A stretch of 64,000 nucleotides of DNA from Phoronis australis (Eukaryota > Animalia > Phoronida): positions 449,513-513,512 of the forward strand of contig NMRA01000319.1 in NCBI GenBank assembly GCA_002633005.1. The letters are read 5' to 3'. The position numbers were made by a program, and so were the translations under genes. Shown here in pieces: positions 48,501-59,965 of the stretch. Position 1 is the first letter of the stretch. Each line of letters begins with the position of its first letter. The notes beneath the pieces were generated by a model, which saw nothing but the letters and a program-made list of their open reading frames with translations, was not told the origin of the DNA and did no database searches.

Positions 48501-51500
48501 CATCAATGGGTACCAGTAGATTTGATCAGAGCGTGTCAAGGGAGATTAATCACAACATAATGACATCTATAGGCAGTAACATGAACTGCTGCAGTGGTGC
48601 ATCAACACTCTGAGAAGGTGACACTCTGTTAGAGAAATGTTAATCATTGTCTCAGCTCCTACTTGTAAACAGATTATGGTATTGAAGAGAATTAGATACG
48701 CACTCAAGAATGAATGACTGTGGTCTCAATACACTGGCTGAAACACAGGGGAGATAATACACAGTTTTTCTGCTTTGCATACAAGCTGGTAAGTGAAAGG
48801 GTCACATTCCCATTCAAGTTGTGCAGCGTGAATTGGAAAGATGAGACGTAAAGGTATACCCAAAGGCACTACGTCTATGATAAGATCTGATTCTTTATGA
48901 AATCTGAATTGTTTTCACAGTTCCCTGGTGAATCCATGTCTGGCGCTATGTTGTCCGTTGCCATATGAAGAACCATTTAAGATGGCACAGTTCCACAAGT
49001 AGTTAGAACTACTGGAACTGTGATCAGCAGTTGCAACCTATCCTTTCCAAAGGAATGCATCTCTTGCAATGCGGAGTCATGGAACAAGTTTTCTACAAAC
49101 ATAACAAAATGTCAATTGACTACATCGAATTTCTGAACTTTTGCTCTTAGCAGGAAGGAAGATTTTATTTTATATTTTCAAGTTTTATCACCCAAGAAAT
49201 AAGCATTAAAAATTCACCATCTGAATGATTTTGCTATGACACAATACACAGAGACATTTTGAAGGTTCCTCGACTATGTCTCATTTTTGGGGACAACCAC
49301 CAGACCAAAAAATTCCCTCAAGTGAAAGCATACACTAAGCAAAATGAGTGAAGAAACCGGTCAAACTTTAACAGAGTCAGACCTGATGGAATATGCAAAT
49401 TACATGAAGAACGGGTTGAAGCATATTATAAGCTCAGTTAATATTCAGTTACATCACGATGCAGACGAGGGATCAACAGGTAATAAGATCCATAAATATT
49501 TTCAATAAAAATTCACAACCAAGACTAGTGTTTAAACCGCTACTAAATACCAGTACATGCATTTCCATTATTTACCATGAGATTTTACAGTGAGATAAAA
49601 ATAACCTTTTAATCCACAACTCTGCTTCAAAAACAGGGTTATCTCATTACATTTATGTTATTGATTTATGGGTTTGTGATAAAAGGAACTTTAAAGGGCT
49701 TATCTAAGAGTACTAAATCTTCACAAGATCAAACGGTACGACAGTTTGAATGAACTCCAAGTCAAACATTGCTTAGTAGCCTTGTGTAAATCTCATCATA
49801 TTAAAAGAAAGTGCAACAACACGTTTTACTATAATGCTGATAAAGAGGTAGTCCAAAAAATAAACATGAAATATCCATTATCCCACCAACACAGTGAGTC
49901 CTGTTTTAAAAGTTTCAGTAAGAAGGAGAATGTAACTCTGGGACTTATCATTCACCCATCACAACTCCTCTCAAAATGAGTTTACCGCACTGCGGCGTTA
50001 CACAACTCTTCTGCAATTGGGATGGTTGAGTTAACTCTGTTGGGAGTATTCACTAAAGGTCTCGGGATGCAACACACACACGTTCAATTGAGAGTGCGGA
50101 TCAATTGCGCCATCTGGTGCTGAATGCCTAGAAGCAGTGGTAACTCCAATGCCGCTACCGATGGAGTTTTAATAAAGCAGAATGCTGCTAACAGTAAGAT
50201 AGTAGTGAGAAAATAACTCCAAATGACTAAATTCTGCCATGGAATATTCCACAGTGCTTCCCCCAGTTGCATGAAACAGTCCCAAACTGGGACTCAACTA
50301 AGTTCCCTAAATCTTTTGCGTGTTTATATCATTCATTAGTCACAAATGCAATCTCTTACTATCACTTTATCTTTATTATGAGCTCTTCTTTGACTAATTA
50401 CATTTTGTAACTAAAATCTAAGCCCTTAGTTCACTGAAAATAAACAAGGACTTAGTCCTTAAATTTGGGTCGTAACATGAAAACATCCTTACTTATTTTC
50501 AATAATAATAAGAATTTAACGCAGAATTCGATTTCGCTTGGTCAAACACTGACTTAGTAACGAAACTAAAGCAGCATAAGAAAGGACAATCAGTTTTTCC
50601 ACAAGCCCAACCATAAGCAATACGTATATTTAAGGACCTTACATGAGTCCCTATATGGGACTGATTCAGGCAACTGGGCACAGGGTTATGTTTCACAAAA
50701 ACTGACTCAAGACAGAAAATTTGGCTTTACGCTGCACGTAATTATTTCTGAACTTAGCAAATGAACAAATTATCTGATAATATACCCACAACTGCTACTT
50801 ATTAAGAAAATTTGTATGAATTATTTCCAAGCAGTGATGTGCTAATCATAACATGACTAAACCTTTATTTGGTGATAGTGAAGTGGAAGAGAAAGACCAA
50901 GTTTTTGTCTTAGTATTACGCTAACCAGATAGTCCTAGCAAAGCCTTAGTAAAATAAAAAACGCAAGTTCAATCACACAAGTGTAAGCCCGTCAAATGAT
51001 AAGTGAAGCTGCCTTTTCGTGCCACGTTGCGTCACTGTGAGATCTCAGCACAAACAACAAAAGGTTGTATTGAATAGGGGTCTGAATAGAACACCATTGG
51101 GTATGGGTGTTTATTTGCAGCTGTTTGAATTAAAAGGTGATTCTCCTGGTGACATAGACAAAAGCCAGCCAATTGGCAATTTATGGCACTAGTGGGCTCA
51201 GAGTGAGGCTCTTAACATACTGTAGAAACCAAATTTACAGGTGTTACCGTTGAAGATAGACTTTAAATCTTATAAGTCGCTCTTCTGTGGAAACACATCT
51301 GCTGCTTCAGAGCTAGCAGCCCTGATAATGCGTCAAACTGGGACGAAAACAATCATGAAAACTGCTATTTTCCAAAGTACTTGGTTGCTGCACAATTTAC
51401 TCAAAATTAAACCAAATGTTGTCTGGTGACACTCCAATGATTGAACCACATATATACATATATCATTCAGAAAATGAGCAAATCTTAAAAGTTATAAGTG

Positions 51501-54500
51501 TTAAAATTTTTGGCAACAATGAAATTCAATAGCTTGCTATGTTTAGGATCCCGAACTTAAGATTTTTCAGCCTCAAGAAAACAAAAAAATATTTAAATTT
51601 GGCTCACTTTAATACATCACATCTCAAAAGTAACTGAGTGTACTTAAGTGGAACTTAAAGATACTATGCTGTTTGGGATTCTTACACAAAAACTCAAACT
51701 GGGACTTTCATGATTATTATACAAATAGTCAATAAGTTACAAAAACTGATTTAGAAAAGCACTAGACCAATTTTGAAATTAAAGCCTGAATCTTTCTATC
51801 AAAACACACTCATGTCTGTTACATAATTGCCAGGCCTGCACTTTATTAGTTAAATGTTACCACCACGACATGGTAAAGACTAGACAAAAGTACATGACTA
51901 AAAAATTCTACCGGCTGTCTACTTTCAGAAAATTTTACCTTTACTCAGTAGCGACAAAATCTCACTAATTTAGGCAAAGGGAAATTTGGAAATTTTAAGA
52001 TAAGTAGCGCCACCTAACAAACTGATCAAGTGATAAGCTCTATTCCATAGTAGATGTCAGAGTTCTTTGAGAACTTGACGGCACTTACAAAAATGTTAGA
52101 AGCATTGAAAAATAAAACGGGAGAATTTTTTACCAATTTCGAAATTGGCGAGATATAGCCAAACTTGTAGATGTTGATTAAATGCAGACATCCCCACAAT
52201 GTCACATTAAGTCATAAGATTACTGATCAAAAATGTGCATGGGACCAGTTAGTACTGGTACCAAGGTAAGAAAACTATTATACACCAATGCCAAATACAG
52301 TGCTCTGTTAACGAAGGCCAGTTGCTACTGTATGTAAATATCTGAAAGACGCCCAGTCATAAGCCACAACGCAAAAATCAGGGTATTTTGTAGTGATATA
52401 TGACCCTGAAAAATGGGTCCATTTAGGAAAAATTGAAAGCTATAGGAAATTCAAACAAGGACCTTAAACTAGAGGGACTGGGCTTTCAGATGAGACCTGA
52501 AATGTTAATGTAGTCATAATTTAAGGTACGGTAAATTTTTTGTCTCCTGGTTGACCTTTCACGAAAATGCTGTTCTGCATACCCCCTGAATTCAAACTGG
52601 TTTCTCAGAAGCATTTCCAAGCAGACAGCACATTGTTAGTATTGTTCAAACCCATAGAAGGATACAGGATGGCATGTTATGATAATAAGTAGGACGCAAC
52701 TCTGATTTCTTCAAGCTATTGTCAACCACAATGAAGGACAGTCTTTATATAAGAACAGAAGTGTCAAATTCTTGGATTCCAGAAAAGCCTACGGTAATAT
52801 TGTGCACATTACAGTGGAAGTTAGTCCATTCAAAGGACTGTATATAATGGCACCAGACCAGAGACAAATGTTGAGATGGTTGACACCAGTGCATGTCTTG
52901 CACCATGAAATACTGTTAATCAAAATTATGTAATTTAATGTTCAAATGTTACACTGACTCTACAGCCAACTCAAAATTTCAACTGGCGTTGAGTAAACCA
53001 TGGGTTAATTTAGCTATCTCACAATTTCAGCTGCCCCCAATAAATAACTTTGCACAGTGCAGTAAAACAAAGTCCGAAAGGTAGCATTGTCCAGCAATAA
53101 TAAATAACAACTCCATGAAAAGATAACTGTCAAAGCCGAAAGGAACATGATTATGACAAACAACTATTCCAAGGGTAAAGGTTTAGAAACCGTCCCACAG
53201 AGTGTTAGAAGCTTTAAGTTATGAACAAGTGATGAAACTTTCAGGACATATAAGTCAATGAATAATAAGAGACTTGGGAAACCAAGTCAGAATACTAGGT
53301 CATTTCAGCGCAACTAACTGCAAACATTTAGGTATAAAATTCTGGCCGCCCAACAGATGGCCAAGACAGACGCTGTGTACACCCCTGGTATACAGTTCGG
53401 CGCAGTTTCATGACCATAGAGCCAATGCTTATAAGAGTGACATAGCAAGATCACATGATACATTCGTGGATTCATAATTAGGCGCATACAGGAAATAGTC
53501 TGTACTGTGGAAGTGTAGATATGAGGGGAAATAGCAACTAGTGCTGGCATGCACTCACTGAATACTTTGAGTTCTTTGTACTAGTAAGCATATAATATGT
53601 TTTCTTAATACTTGTAGTGTTCACCATAGTTTAAACAAATTGACTTTGCTTGATGACAATACAGTATTCATAAATATCACAGCGTTGTGTTTATAGTGAA
53701 ACTGCAACCTAAGACAAGCAAATTTGGACAGCACTTAGGTTAGTGGTCAAGATTATGGACTGTAACTCATGACGACCGCACACACGCCGGCTAGCACAAG
53801 AGCAAATCATACAAACAGCCATTTTCCGATACAGCGGTGACAAGATAACACCCAGAAGGTGAAAGAGTAGTTGATATAAAAATTTGCGCATTCTTGGAAG
53901 GATTTTATGGAGTGATGATACCCAGCATTTTTATAAATTCTTTGTCACCAGAACACCATTGACTCACCACTGCTGAGCAGTGAGATATTCAAATCATTCA
54001 CACAAAATTGTCCAAAATTTCAAAATATCTGTGAAGGAAAGAAATTGTATTTGGTCGTCATCTTGGCTTGTATTGCACTCCAGAATTAGAAACTGGGTCA
54101 AGTGAAAGATACTTTTGTGCTCTCATAACACTGAAGAGTTCTGCATAAAGTGTTTCCAACATTGTTTCTTGCACTCAGTCTTCACTTGATTATGTAAAAG
54201 CATACAAAAGTGTATTGCACCCAGGAAGAAAGCAGAAAAAATTTAAATACTTCAAACCAAACAAAAATTAACTCACTCACCATATTATATTGTTTGTTCA
54301 CATCATTGTTAGCTGCTTGAGCTGTGGCGTCTCCGACATTGTAGCCCCCTCTGTTGTTGTTCTAGAAAACAAGAACAGACCAAATGGTTTAAACTGTCAA
54401 AAGAACTAAGCAACATTCCCCATATTTTTCAGAGAAACATGAAAGTTTTCGAACACCATAAAGAAATTCCAAAATTAATAAACACTTAGAGCTAGATAAT

Positions 54501-55476
54501 TTATTTAATTATATGAAATCATAACCAATGAACATATTTACAACGCACACTCATACCACCAGTAGAATCCACTTGCATTAAAAAGAATACGACAGTAACA
54601 TATTCTGTCACTCCTGTTTAAAACTGGGTCATCCTTAACCGGGTCATCCTTAACCCGGTCATCATTTGTTGAAGATCGGAACATGTTTGCTAGACACAAC
54701 TTTTTTTTAAAAACTTACAGACAAGCATATATCATCCAACCTATAGATACTAATCACCCACACAGACAGTCTCAAGAAGATTAAGAAAACTAAATAAATA
54801 TTTCCTTTGGTAGAAAAACACAACACAATCATTACAAATGGGATGGAGCATATTAGCGGTTTACTTAGAAATCAACGCATGTTATAATTATCAGGTGAAA
54901 AACGAATTTTAGTCCAGTGGGTAGGTCATGTTGAAAATAAAATTAAACGAAAAGATTTTCAATGGTAACAGTTTTTCATCATCCTTAAAGTTATGCAAAA
55001 ATAACTGTGTTAGGAATTGTTTTTCAAATATGTTCCTTTTTGATGAGGAAATATCAAAAAAATAAGACTTTTATAGTATTCATGAAAAAAATAAAAAGTA
55101 ACATAAACAAAAATGAAATATTTTAGAAAACAGTAGCAGCATTTTCGAGATTGATAAAAAGTCAAAATCAAATTCCACATTAGATTTCCTACCTTCAGAA
55201 AATACATACTTTTACTGTAGATATTTGGTTAAATCGCAAACTTGTCAATTAGGTTGTACGTAACCTCAACCAGCACACAGGGTGAACAATTATGTAATTC
55301 AAAGAAAACGAGTCGCAGCAAAACGTGCTTACCTGGGAATCAAAAACTCGGTTCGCGTTTTGTCTATTAGCAGACTGTTCTTTTAAACGGTTGTTTGATC
55401 CTCTAGGACTGTGAAGATAAAGATCACCATGGCAACCAATGAAAAGAACAAATAAGGAAAGAGGAACAGCCTTCAT
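30321..55476 (-). CDS. DD3-3: Protein DD3-3-like (secreted, family first described in Dictyostelium), 13 coding exons, 660 aa
   Basis: Exons (- strand) 55476-55333, 54361-54281, 46334-46157 (or 43033-42856), 44557-44381 (or 41946-41770), 43695-43503 (or 41100-40908), 39656-39493, 38777-38630, 38362-38258, 37672-37610, 36239-35944, 34367-34296, 32820-32652, 30513-30321. All are GT-AG, total 1983 nt in frame. Signal peptide plus family motifs: [117 protein letters not shown]. Confidence 0.92.
30699..30982. repeat. 52-bp minisatellite (at least 5.4 copies, runs into the N at 30983)
   Basis: GTGACTAAAGAAATACTGAAGTCACCACTTTGGTCTTATGCTC(T/A)ACATAACT at 30699, 30751, 30803, 30855, 30907, 30959. Confidence 0.95.
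30984..31531. mobile_element. MITE (PIF/Harbinger-like end), left end lost in the N join
   Basis: Right end ...GATTTTACTGGAACAGCCC|TCA; absent at the homologous position 30583 (TTC|TCAGTG). Confidence 0.55.
31648..31803. repeat. Second array of the 52-bp minisatellite (3 copies)
   Basis: Same unit and same ~115-bp left flank as the 30699 array. Confidence 0.9.
32168..32290 (-). mobile_element. Repeat family C copy with the best-preserved tRNA(Val-like)-derived segment
   Basis: Minus strand GTGTAGTGGAAGAATACATCGCTAACTGTGCAGAAGGCCCCGAGTTCGAGTCCCGGCGG has A- and B-box-like blocks but no intact acceptor stem. Confidence 0.6.
32652..32820 (-). CDS. DD3-3: DD3-3 coding exon 12
   Basis: gcag|GC ACT GAT CGT...TAC AG|gtaatg; [10 protein letters not shown]...NYPSP...ASSGYY. 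Confidence 0.9.
33417..33606. repeat. 19-bp minisatellite (~10 copies), resumes at 34075
   Basis: Unit GATCCTACTACCCCATGAG. Confidence 0.9.
33607..34074. mobile_element. 468-bp non-autonomous hAT-like element with 6-bp TSD
   Basis: Imperfect TIRs CAGGGCCTGTAAT / ATTCCAAGCCTTG; ACACCA on both sides (33601-33606, 34075-34080); subterminal GCGGAAA repeats. Confidence 0.75.
34296..34367 (-). CDS. DD3-3: DD3-3 coding exon 11
   Basis: atag|GG TCT AAC...GCA G|gtaagg; [23 protein letters not shown]. Confidence 0.9.
35944..36239 (-). CDS. DD3-3: DD3-3 coding exon 10
   Basis: ccag|G GTC AAA...ACA G|gtgagt; SPVQQNPYV...[17 protein letters not shown]...[24 protein letters not shown]. Confidence 0.92.
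37610..37672 (-). CDS. DD3-3: DD3-3 coding exon 9
   Basis: tcag|A TAC AAC...GAT GT|gtaagt; [20 protein letters not shown]. Confidence 0.88.
38258..38362 (-). CDS. DD3-3: DD3-3 coding exon 8
   Basis: acag|A TCT AAT CAC...ATG AG|gtaaaa; [35 protein letters not shown]. Confidence 0.9.
38630..38777 (-). CDS. DD3-3: DD3-3 coding exon 7
   Basis: gcag|AG TTG...TCC AG|gtgtgg; LTSEAAC...[18 protein letters not shown]. Confidence 0.88.
39493..39656 (-). CDS. DD3-3: DD3-3 coding exon 6
   Basis: gtag|T TAC TAC...CCA G|gtgagt; [17 protein letters not shown]...[13 protein letters not shown]. Confidence 0.9.
40908..41100 (-). CDS. DD3-3: DD3-3 coding exon 5, copy B
   Basis: No difference from copy A seen; splice sites intact. 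Confidence 0.85.
41770..41946 (-). CDS. DD3-3: DD3-3 coding exon 4, copy B
   Basis: Same boundaries as copy A; three amino-acid differences ([15 protein letters not shown] vs [15 protein letters not shown]). Confidence 0.85.
42856..43033 (-). CDS. DD3-3: DD3-3 coding exon 3, copy B
   Basis: Same as copy A except one synonymous AAT/AAC change seen; splice sites intact. Confidence 0.85.
43503..43695 (-). CDS. DD3-3: DD3-3 coding exon 5, copy A
   Basis: aaag|GG TTA...TGC AG|gtaact; LFTADQKL...[23 protein letters not shown]. Confidence 0.88.
44381..44557 (-). CDS. DD3-3: DD3-3 coding exon 4, copy A
   Basis: gcag|TT GAC...AAG G|gtaagt; DSIRNG...[19 protein letters not shown]. Confidence 0.88.
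46157..46334 (-). CDS. DD3-3: DD3-3 coding exon 3, copy A
   Basis: tcag|AAA TAC...AAC A|gtaagt; KYFQSG...[12 protein letters not shown]...[10 protein letters not shown]. Confidence 0.88.
50990..51267. mobile_element. Dispersed repeat family B, copy 2
   Basis: Collinear match to 5610-5925. Confidence 0.65.
54281..54361 (-). CDS. DD3-3: DD3-3 coding exon 2
   Basis: ctag|AAC AAC AAC AGA...AAT ATG|gtgagt; [27 protein letters not shown]. Confidence 0.9.
55333..55476 (-). CDS. DD3-3: DD3-3 coding exon 1 (ATG, signal peptide)
   Basis: ttttgcag|ATG AAG GCT...TCC CAG|gtaagc; [31 protein letters not shown]; ATG directly after an acceptor implies an upstream non-coding exon. Confidence 0.9.
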
Positions 55477-55503
55477 CTGCAAAAAATATAAATATACAAA
55501 TTA

Positions 55504-55897
55504 AGTCCTGTCCTCACACAGCCTACCCTAGTGCAGCTTGCACTAGTGTAGGTTGCACTAGTGTAGCTTGCACTAGTGCAACTTACCCCACTTTTAAGTG
55601 AGCGTCCACACACACACACACGCACGCACGCACGCACAAACACACATCCGATAACTAGTGTAAGGCGGAAGTTGTTGCTTTGTGCGTGACAATGAACAGC
55701 TGATGCGAATACGGCATGCAAAAGAAGACTCGCCTATACGTAACCGCAGCTGATAATAACTTCCAATTTGCCCGAGGTTTGCACCACACAGTGATTAGAA
55801 GTGGTGCAAGTTACCTTAAACAAGGTGCTCTACTTCGACAAGGTGGTAAGTTGTCACAAGTGGGGTAAGTTGCACTAATGGAGAGATCGTGGACAGA
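55504..55897. mobile_element. Repeat family A, copy 3 (MITE-like, inverted repeats)
   Basis: TAGTGCAACTTACCCCACTT (~55573) is the reverse complement of AAGTGGGGTAAGTTGCACTA (~55857); ends CTGTCC...GGACAG. Confidence 0.7.
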
Positions 55898-57086
55898 TTC
55901 TATGATTATGTTTTCTTCCTCTTTGGTCTACAACAGTTTGAAGTCGGCAAACTTTTACCTAGCCCATGTTTCTCAGTACAAGTAGCTCTAGAGACAATTT
56001 TTTGTATCAATTTATCCAGGTAAGTCAGAACTCATGCAATAATATAAGTAGCAGTTACCATTAGTTTTTTCCGCTAACGAAGCGCTAGTCCATTATTGAA
56101 CAGTCTCACAGCTATGACTTAATGCCTTCATTCAACACAACGCTATTTTGACTGTGAAATGAACTTAGGGGCTTCGGGGAGTATACACTGGGCACTTGGA
56201 CATGCTACGGGTATTATAACTGATCTGAATAGGTGTTTACAGTTGCGAGTAATCAAAAATGGTAACTCAGTCTGATCAGTTAGTGAAACGTTTGGATAGA
56301 CTATTATATCAGCTATCTCCAACAAAACTTGGCCAATTTCAGTGGGAAATAAATTCTAGACACAAGTTTTTATGAGGAATTCAAATGTGAGCTTTGTTTT
56401 TGTGCACAAAAAGGGTGCAAAGTGAAATCAAACATCTTAATTATACAAGCAACTCTTATCTCAAAGCTGTCAGATTAAAGTACAACAAAAAGTAATCGAG
56501 CGAAAAGATGTGTGGTTTTCTGAATGTCCAGAGTTGCCTGCCTGCCAACTCCGGACGGTCCATCACAGTAATATTACGTTATTTTGAGGCAAAATATCGG
56601 CCACATTTTGTTAATATGACAAAAATTCAAACCTACACAAAATTCGGTTATTGTTTGCAATCCGACCCCTTGATAAGAGTCGGATTGCAGGCATAAACAA
56701 TAACCTACGCCTTTCCCCACAGCTCAGGCGGACCCCATCTTCATGGATCGTCTCTCATTTGTGCTGCCGCTTCACAGTGGATATTAAAGAGGTTAACAGG
56801 CATACCCACTGGCACACGGGAGCCCAGTGGCTTGGCTTGGTCCGCAGGTTAGTGAGTAAGTTAGTTCCAATTTACAGAATCAGATGATTGGATTTGACTT
56901 GGTAGCGAATACATTGTGCCGTGAACGTTCACTGTTCACAGTTCAGTACAGTGAGTAGAGTAGTCAGTAGTCAGTCAGTGATATTAACTTTCAGTCGCCG
57001 ACCAGGTATCGAGCTAGTGTATTTTCCTAATAACGAATAACGATCACTCGCAAGGACACGAAATTAACCCACAATCCAATACTCAC

Positions 57087-57180
57087 CGTAAAACACAGGC
57101 GCTTGCTAACAACACCGACTCGTCTCCGTCCTCCGTCACAGGATTCCCTTCCGGGTGAGTCAAGCCTTAATGACGTCATG
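57087..57180 (-). promoter_or_regulatory. Putative DD3-3 non-coding first exon (donor after 57087) and proximal promoter
   Basis: Minus-strand donor ACG|GTGAGT; CpG-richer patch; perfect CRE TGACGTCA 57171-57178, AP-1 TGAGTCA 57156-57162, ETS-like CCGGAAG (- strand) about 57148-57154. Confidence 0.5.
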
Positions 57181-57428
57181 TGTATTCCTGCGCGGTGCGC
57201 CGTTTCACACCTATATTTGTATCCTCCGAAGTATTCAACACCCCTGCCTCGCAACAATTTTTGAGAAATGATCTTTTCACAAGATTACAGAGATTGATAT
57301 CAATTGAAATGCAGATCAGACGGGAGTAATTGTTTACAATATGACGACATTGACTTGCACATATGATTTTGGTATCGTTCGATTCCTTGCAATGTAACTT
57401 TCCAAAAAACAGAAATTTCTCCCACTCC

Positions 57429-58342
57429 GTTTCCTTAGTATTTTGTCGCGAAATTTCTGCTTGCACTGTTTCCCGATAACGTTTTTGACTGCCATGTTGA
57501 ATGGAAGGAGTTACCTGGCGGTCAAAAACTGAACTAATCTACCGACTTCTGCAGATCCGATCAGCAGAAGTCGGTCGCATTTCATAAGTTCAAATTGACC
57601 GACACCCGTCCATCCCCTGCCCGAGTTACGGTCCGAAAGGTTCGAATTCGATCCTGCGGTGACCCTGGTACGCATCTGCTAGCAAGAATCCACGAAAAAA
57701 ATCTGAGGTTGTTTTTCTAAAAAATGGAAAAGGAAAAAGGTGAAATGCTGCTACTTGCATGAGTGGGCGCACCCCCAATTTGGCGAATTGGGCCAAAAGA
57801 TCCGCCCTCATCGAAACAAAAAGTCCGAGTAAATGAGACAAAAGTCCACAGGAATTCTGCGCGGTTGCACAATTCAGTCGTAGGTCGTAGGCCTGAATCT
57901 AGTGGCCGTTTTTTTTTTCACTCGCCTACGGTTGATTTTTGTCAGTAAAAGGCCCGCATACCGAAGAATTCGAGTCCCCCTGTATTTTAGGATGGTTGCG
58001 TGCATGACTTGTTCATCCACAGACCTAATTCTCAGGACCCCATATAACTTAAGATCCGAATAATACCGTCGACAAACATCCCTCAATGCAGAACTGCTCG
58101 GTATGGTCTACAATCTTTCAGAGCCTATGTCTCTAATTTGTGGAATTCATTATCAGAAGAGGCGAGAACGTGCCTACATTTAAAGACTTTTATGCAGCAT
58201 GCAAACGCATGGACTGAGCCTCCCTGTACGTGTAGTATCTGTGATTTTATGAATCAAACATAGTCTCCTAGTTTCCTATGGTGCTAATTGCTCAACTTTG
58301 TATATAGTATTTTATATAGTATTTAAATTTTGTTTTAATTTC

Positions 58343-58346
<4 letters not shown>
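57429..58346. repeat. ~920-bp block duplicated at 59029-59925
   Basis: Starts GTTTCCTTAGTATTTTGTCG in both; a few SNPs and indels. Confidence 0.9.
58020..58346 (+). mobile_element. L2/CR1-clade LINE ORF2 3' fragment, copy 1
   Basis: Translates PYNLRS..PQCRTARYGLQSFRAYVSNLWNSLSEEARTCLHLKTF, the typical RT..YG..SF....LWN.L tail. Confidence 0.65.

Positions 58347-58407
<61 letters not shown>
58347..58407. repeat. (TA)n microsatellite at contig end
   Basis: About 30 AT units. Confidence 0.95.
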
Positions 58408-58408
<1 letters not shown>

Positions 58409-58412
58409 TAAG

Positions 58413-58756
58413 NNNNNNNNNNNNNNNNNNNNNNNNNNNNNNNNNNNNNNNNNNNNNNNNNNNNNNNNNNNNNNNNNNNNNNNNNNNNNNNNNNNNNNNN
58501 NNNNNNNNNNNNNNNNNNNNNNNNNNNNNNNNNNNNNNNNNNNNNNNNNNNNNNNNNNNNNNNNNNNNNNNNNNNNNNNNNNNNNNNNNNNNNNNNNNNN
58601 NNNNNNNNNNNNNNNNNNNNNNNNNNNNNNNNNNNNNNNNNNNNNNNNNNNNNNNNNNNNNNNNNNNNNNNNNNNNNNNNNNNNNNNNNNNNNNNNNNNN
58701 NNNNNNNNNNNNNNNNNNNNNNNNNNNNNNNNNNNNNNNNNNNNNNNNNNNNNNNN
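58413..58756. other. Assembly gap (344 N)
   Basis: Run of N; single-N joins also at 30983 and 43393. Confidence 0.99.
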
Positions 58757-59614
58757 CAATGGCACTGATGGGACCATATTACTTGTTTTACAAAAAAGTC
58801 ACCAAAACTGTTGTTTTTACAAATATAAGTTTACTAAGCTCTTTGGTGATTATTATGTAACTTCAAACTCAAATTTCTCAAAAATGTGCAACTTTATATG
58901 TGGGAACTTTTTAGATTTTGAAAACACTCTAATAAATGAATTAAAAAACACCAAAATAAAATTGCCCCCCTAAAGTACTCACAAAAACCATTTTCTAGAG
59001 GCCCTACAAAATCTGGCCCACCGACTAGTTTCCTTAGTATTTTGTCGTGAAATTTCTGCTTGCACTGTTTCCCGATAACGTCTTTGACTGCCATGTTGAA
59101 TGGAAGGAGTTACCTGGCGGTCAAAAACTGAACTAATCTACCGACTTCTGCAGATCCGATCTTCAGAAGTCGGTCGCATTTCATAAGTTCAAATTGACCG
59201 ACACCCGTCCATCCCCTGCCCGAGTTACGCTCCGAAGGGTTCGAATTCGATCCTGTGGTGACCCTGGTACGCATCTGCTAGCAAGAATCCGCGAAAAAAA
59301 TCTGAGGTTGTTTTTCTAAAAAATGGAAAAGGAAAAAGGTGAAATGCTGCTACTTGCATGGGCGCACCCCCAATTTGTCGAATTGGGCCAAAAGATCCGC
59401 CTCATCGAAACAAAAAGTCCGAGTAAATGAGACAAAAGTCCACAGGAATTCTGCGCGGTTGCACAATTCAGTCGTAGGTCGTAGGCCCTGAATCTAGTGG
59501 CCGTTTTTTTTTTCACTCGCCTACGGTTGATTTTTGTCAGTAAAAGGCCCGCATACCGAAGAATTCGAGTCCCCCTGTATTTTAGGATGGTTGCGTGCAT
59601 GACTTGTTCCTCCA

Positions 59615-59933
59615 CAGACCTAATTCGCAGGACGCCATATAACTTAAGATCCGAATATTACCGTCGACAAACATCCCTCAATGCAGAACTGCTCGGTATG
59701 GTCTACAATCTTTCAGAGCCTAGGTCTCTAATTTGTGGAATTCATTATCAGAAGAGGCGAGATCGTGCCTACATTTAAAGACTTTTATGCAGCATGTAAA
59801 CGCATAGACTGAGCCTCCCTGTGGTTTTATGAATCAAACTTCCTTAGTCTCCTTTCCTATGGTGCTAATTGCTCAACATTGTATATAGTATTTTATATAG
59901 TATATTAAATTTTGTTTTAATTTCACACACACA

Positions 59934-59965
<32 letters not shown>

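Noticed and set aside
46335-54280. Nested gene in the 7.9-kb DD3-3 intron, incl. hydrophobic ORF 50084-50272 and a small hairpin at 48986-49022
   Set aside because: No coherent exon chain or recognisable protein; the hairpin is too short to support an ncRNA call
58292-58777. 161-aa ORF
   Set aside because: Spans an N gap and a (TA)n tract
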